DNA of 41,820 nucleotides from Chrysochromulina tobinii. Its lineage: Eukaryota. The translations under genes were made by a program, and so were the position numbers. Of this stretch, positions 40,786 to 41,820 are shown one piece after another (the stretch's first letter is position 1; the number at the start of each line of letters is the position of its first letter). Below the pieces are notes generated by a model. The model made no database searches, was not told the DNA's origin, and saw nothing but the letters and a program-made list of their open reading frames with translations. The stretch spans positions 1 through 41,820 of the forward strand of contig JWZX01003044.1 in NCBI GenBank assembly GCA_001275005.1, read 5' to 3'.

Positions 40786-41820
40786 GCGGAGCAACGGCCT
40801 ATCCATGCCTACTACCCATCATCGCATGTGTGCTCATCGTTGCATGTCTGCGTTGCGCATGGCATCCATATAATTCCAATCGTGTGCATAGCAGCCATCA
40901 TGCCGAACGGCCGGCGCGCTCAGAGGATGGGCGCGCGGCGACTGGAGCGGGAGGAATCTTTGTGTTGTGTGCGGTTGGTAGCGTGTGGCGTGGTGGCGTG
41001 TGGGACTGTAGGACTGTGACCTGTAGGGTACGACCTGCGAGGGAGGGGCCTGAGGCCACTACCCGCCGACGAGGGTGTAGGGTGGCGATCGTGGAACGAA
41101 CGGCGCGGCGTGCGGCGTCCGGGCCGCGTGGTAGCCGCGTGGTGTCCTGTGTGAAGTTAGACGCAACGCGTCGGGTCGACACAATAGTGTGTAAGTAAGT
41201 AAAACACGCCAGGCGGACGGCAGGAGGTCCGCTGCAGCGGATTCGGGGCCCGCTGCCGCGCTCGCAGGCCGCCCTAAGGTAATTCCGAATTCGCAATTGC
41301 GAATTGGAATTGCAGGCGCCCCGGCGGCACCGCGAGCCGCGGCCGCGCGCGCGCGGCGGGCCCCGGGGGCGCGCGGACGTCTCGAACGGCGGTCGATCAC
41401 CGACGGCTACGCTCATCAATCTCCGAACGTCATCACACGTGTGTCTCCGACCGGCGGTAACTTGATTTGCGGATACGCGTCACCGGGTCGGAGCGTGGGA
41501 GGGGGAGGGAGGGGGGTAAATCCGTAAATCCGTAATTACGTAATAGAACGCCCAAAACGGCGCCCATTGCCCCCCCTGGGGTGGGGCATGGTCGCCCGAA
41601 TGCTTCTGCCCCCCCCCGGTGCGAAGGGAGACCGCATTCTAGTGCTAAACTTGCGCTTTCGGCATTCGCGCATCCGTCGTCGGTCGTGACGCTCGGAGCA
41701 CCTTCCATGGACCCAGTAAAGGCTTCGAAGCGACAGCACCTCTGGTGGCGCTGCAACGCAGTCAATCGCCCGCCGACGCGCGCCCCAGCCGGCCGGGCCC
41801 ACCGACGCACGCCATAGCCG

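Overview
High-GC, gene-dense eukaryotic nuclear DNA with short GT-AG introns. It most likely comes from a flagellated alga with a secondary plastid, probably a haptophyte; this is inferred from a dynein docking complex gene, signal-peptide-led plastid proteins and GC content. I can support about 17 protein-coding genes: a THUMPD2-like methyltransferase (with an in-frame TAG), an FBXO11-like F-box/beta-helix protein, Rab GGTase alpha, an EF-hand/Sfi1-repeat protein, a small Tat-type lumen protein, organellar GluRS, a PPC-like domain protein, ODA-DC2/CCDC114, a PEMT/ICMT-family protein, an LRR+SAPS-like protein, WDR11, a methyltransferase-like protein, SNM1/PSO2, a TPR+RING protein, a Cys-rich/Grx-like/DUF2237 fusion, an SDR and hypotheticals. 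The most striking signal is a class of 87-92 nt introns in three unrelated genes. Each intron begins with a 17-39 nt copy of the start of the downstream exon. In two of them this copy is followed by a shared CTGATKGCC tandem tail ending CTCATCAG. This is a candidate intron-generating mechanism. All homology calls are from recognition of motifs, not from database searches, and all introns are predicted from splice signals and frame restoration only.
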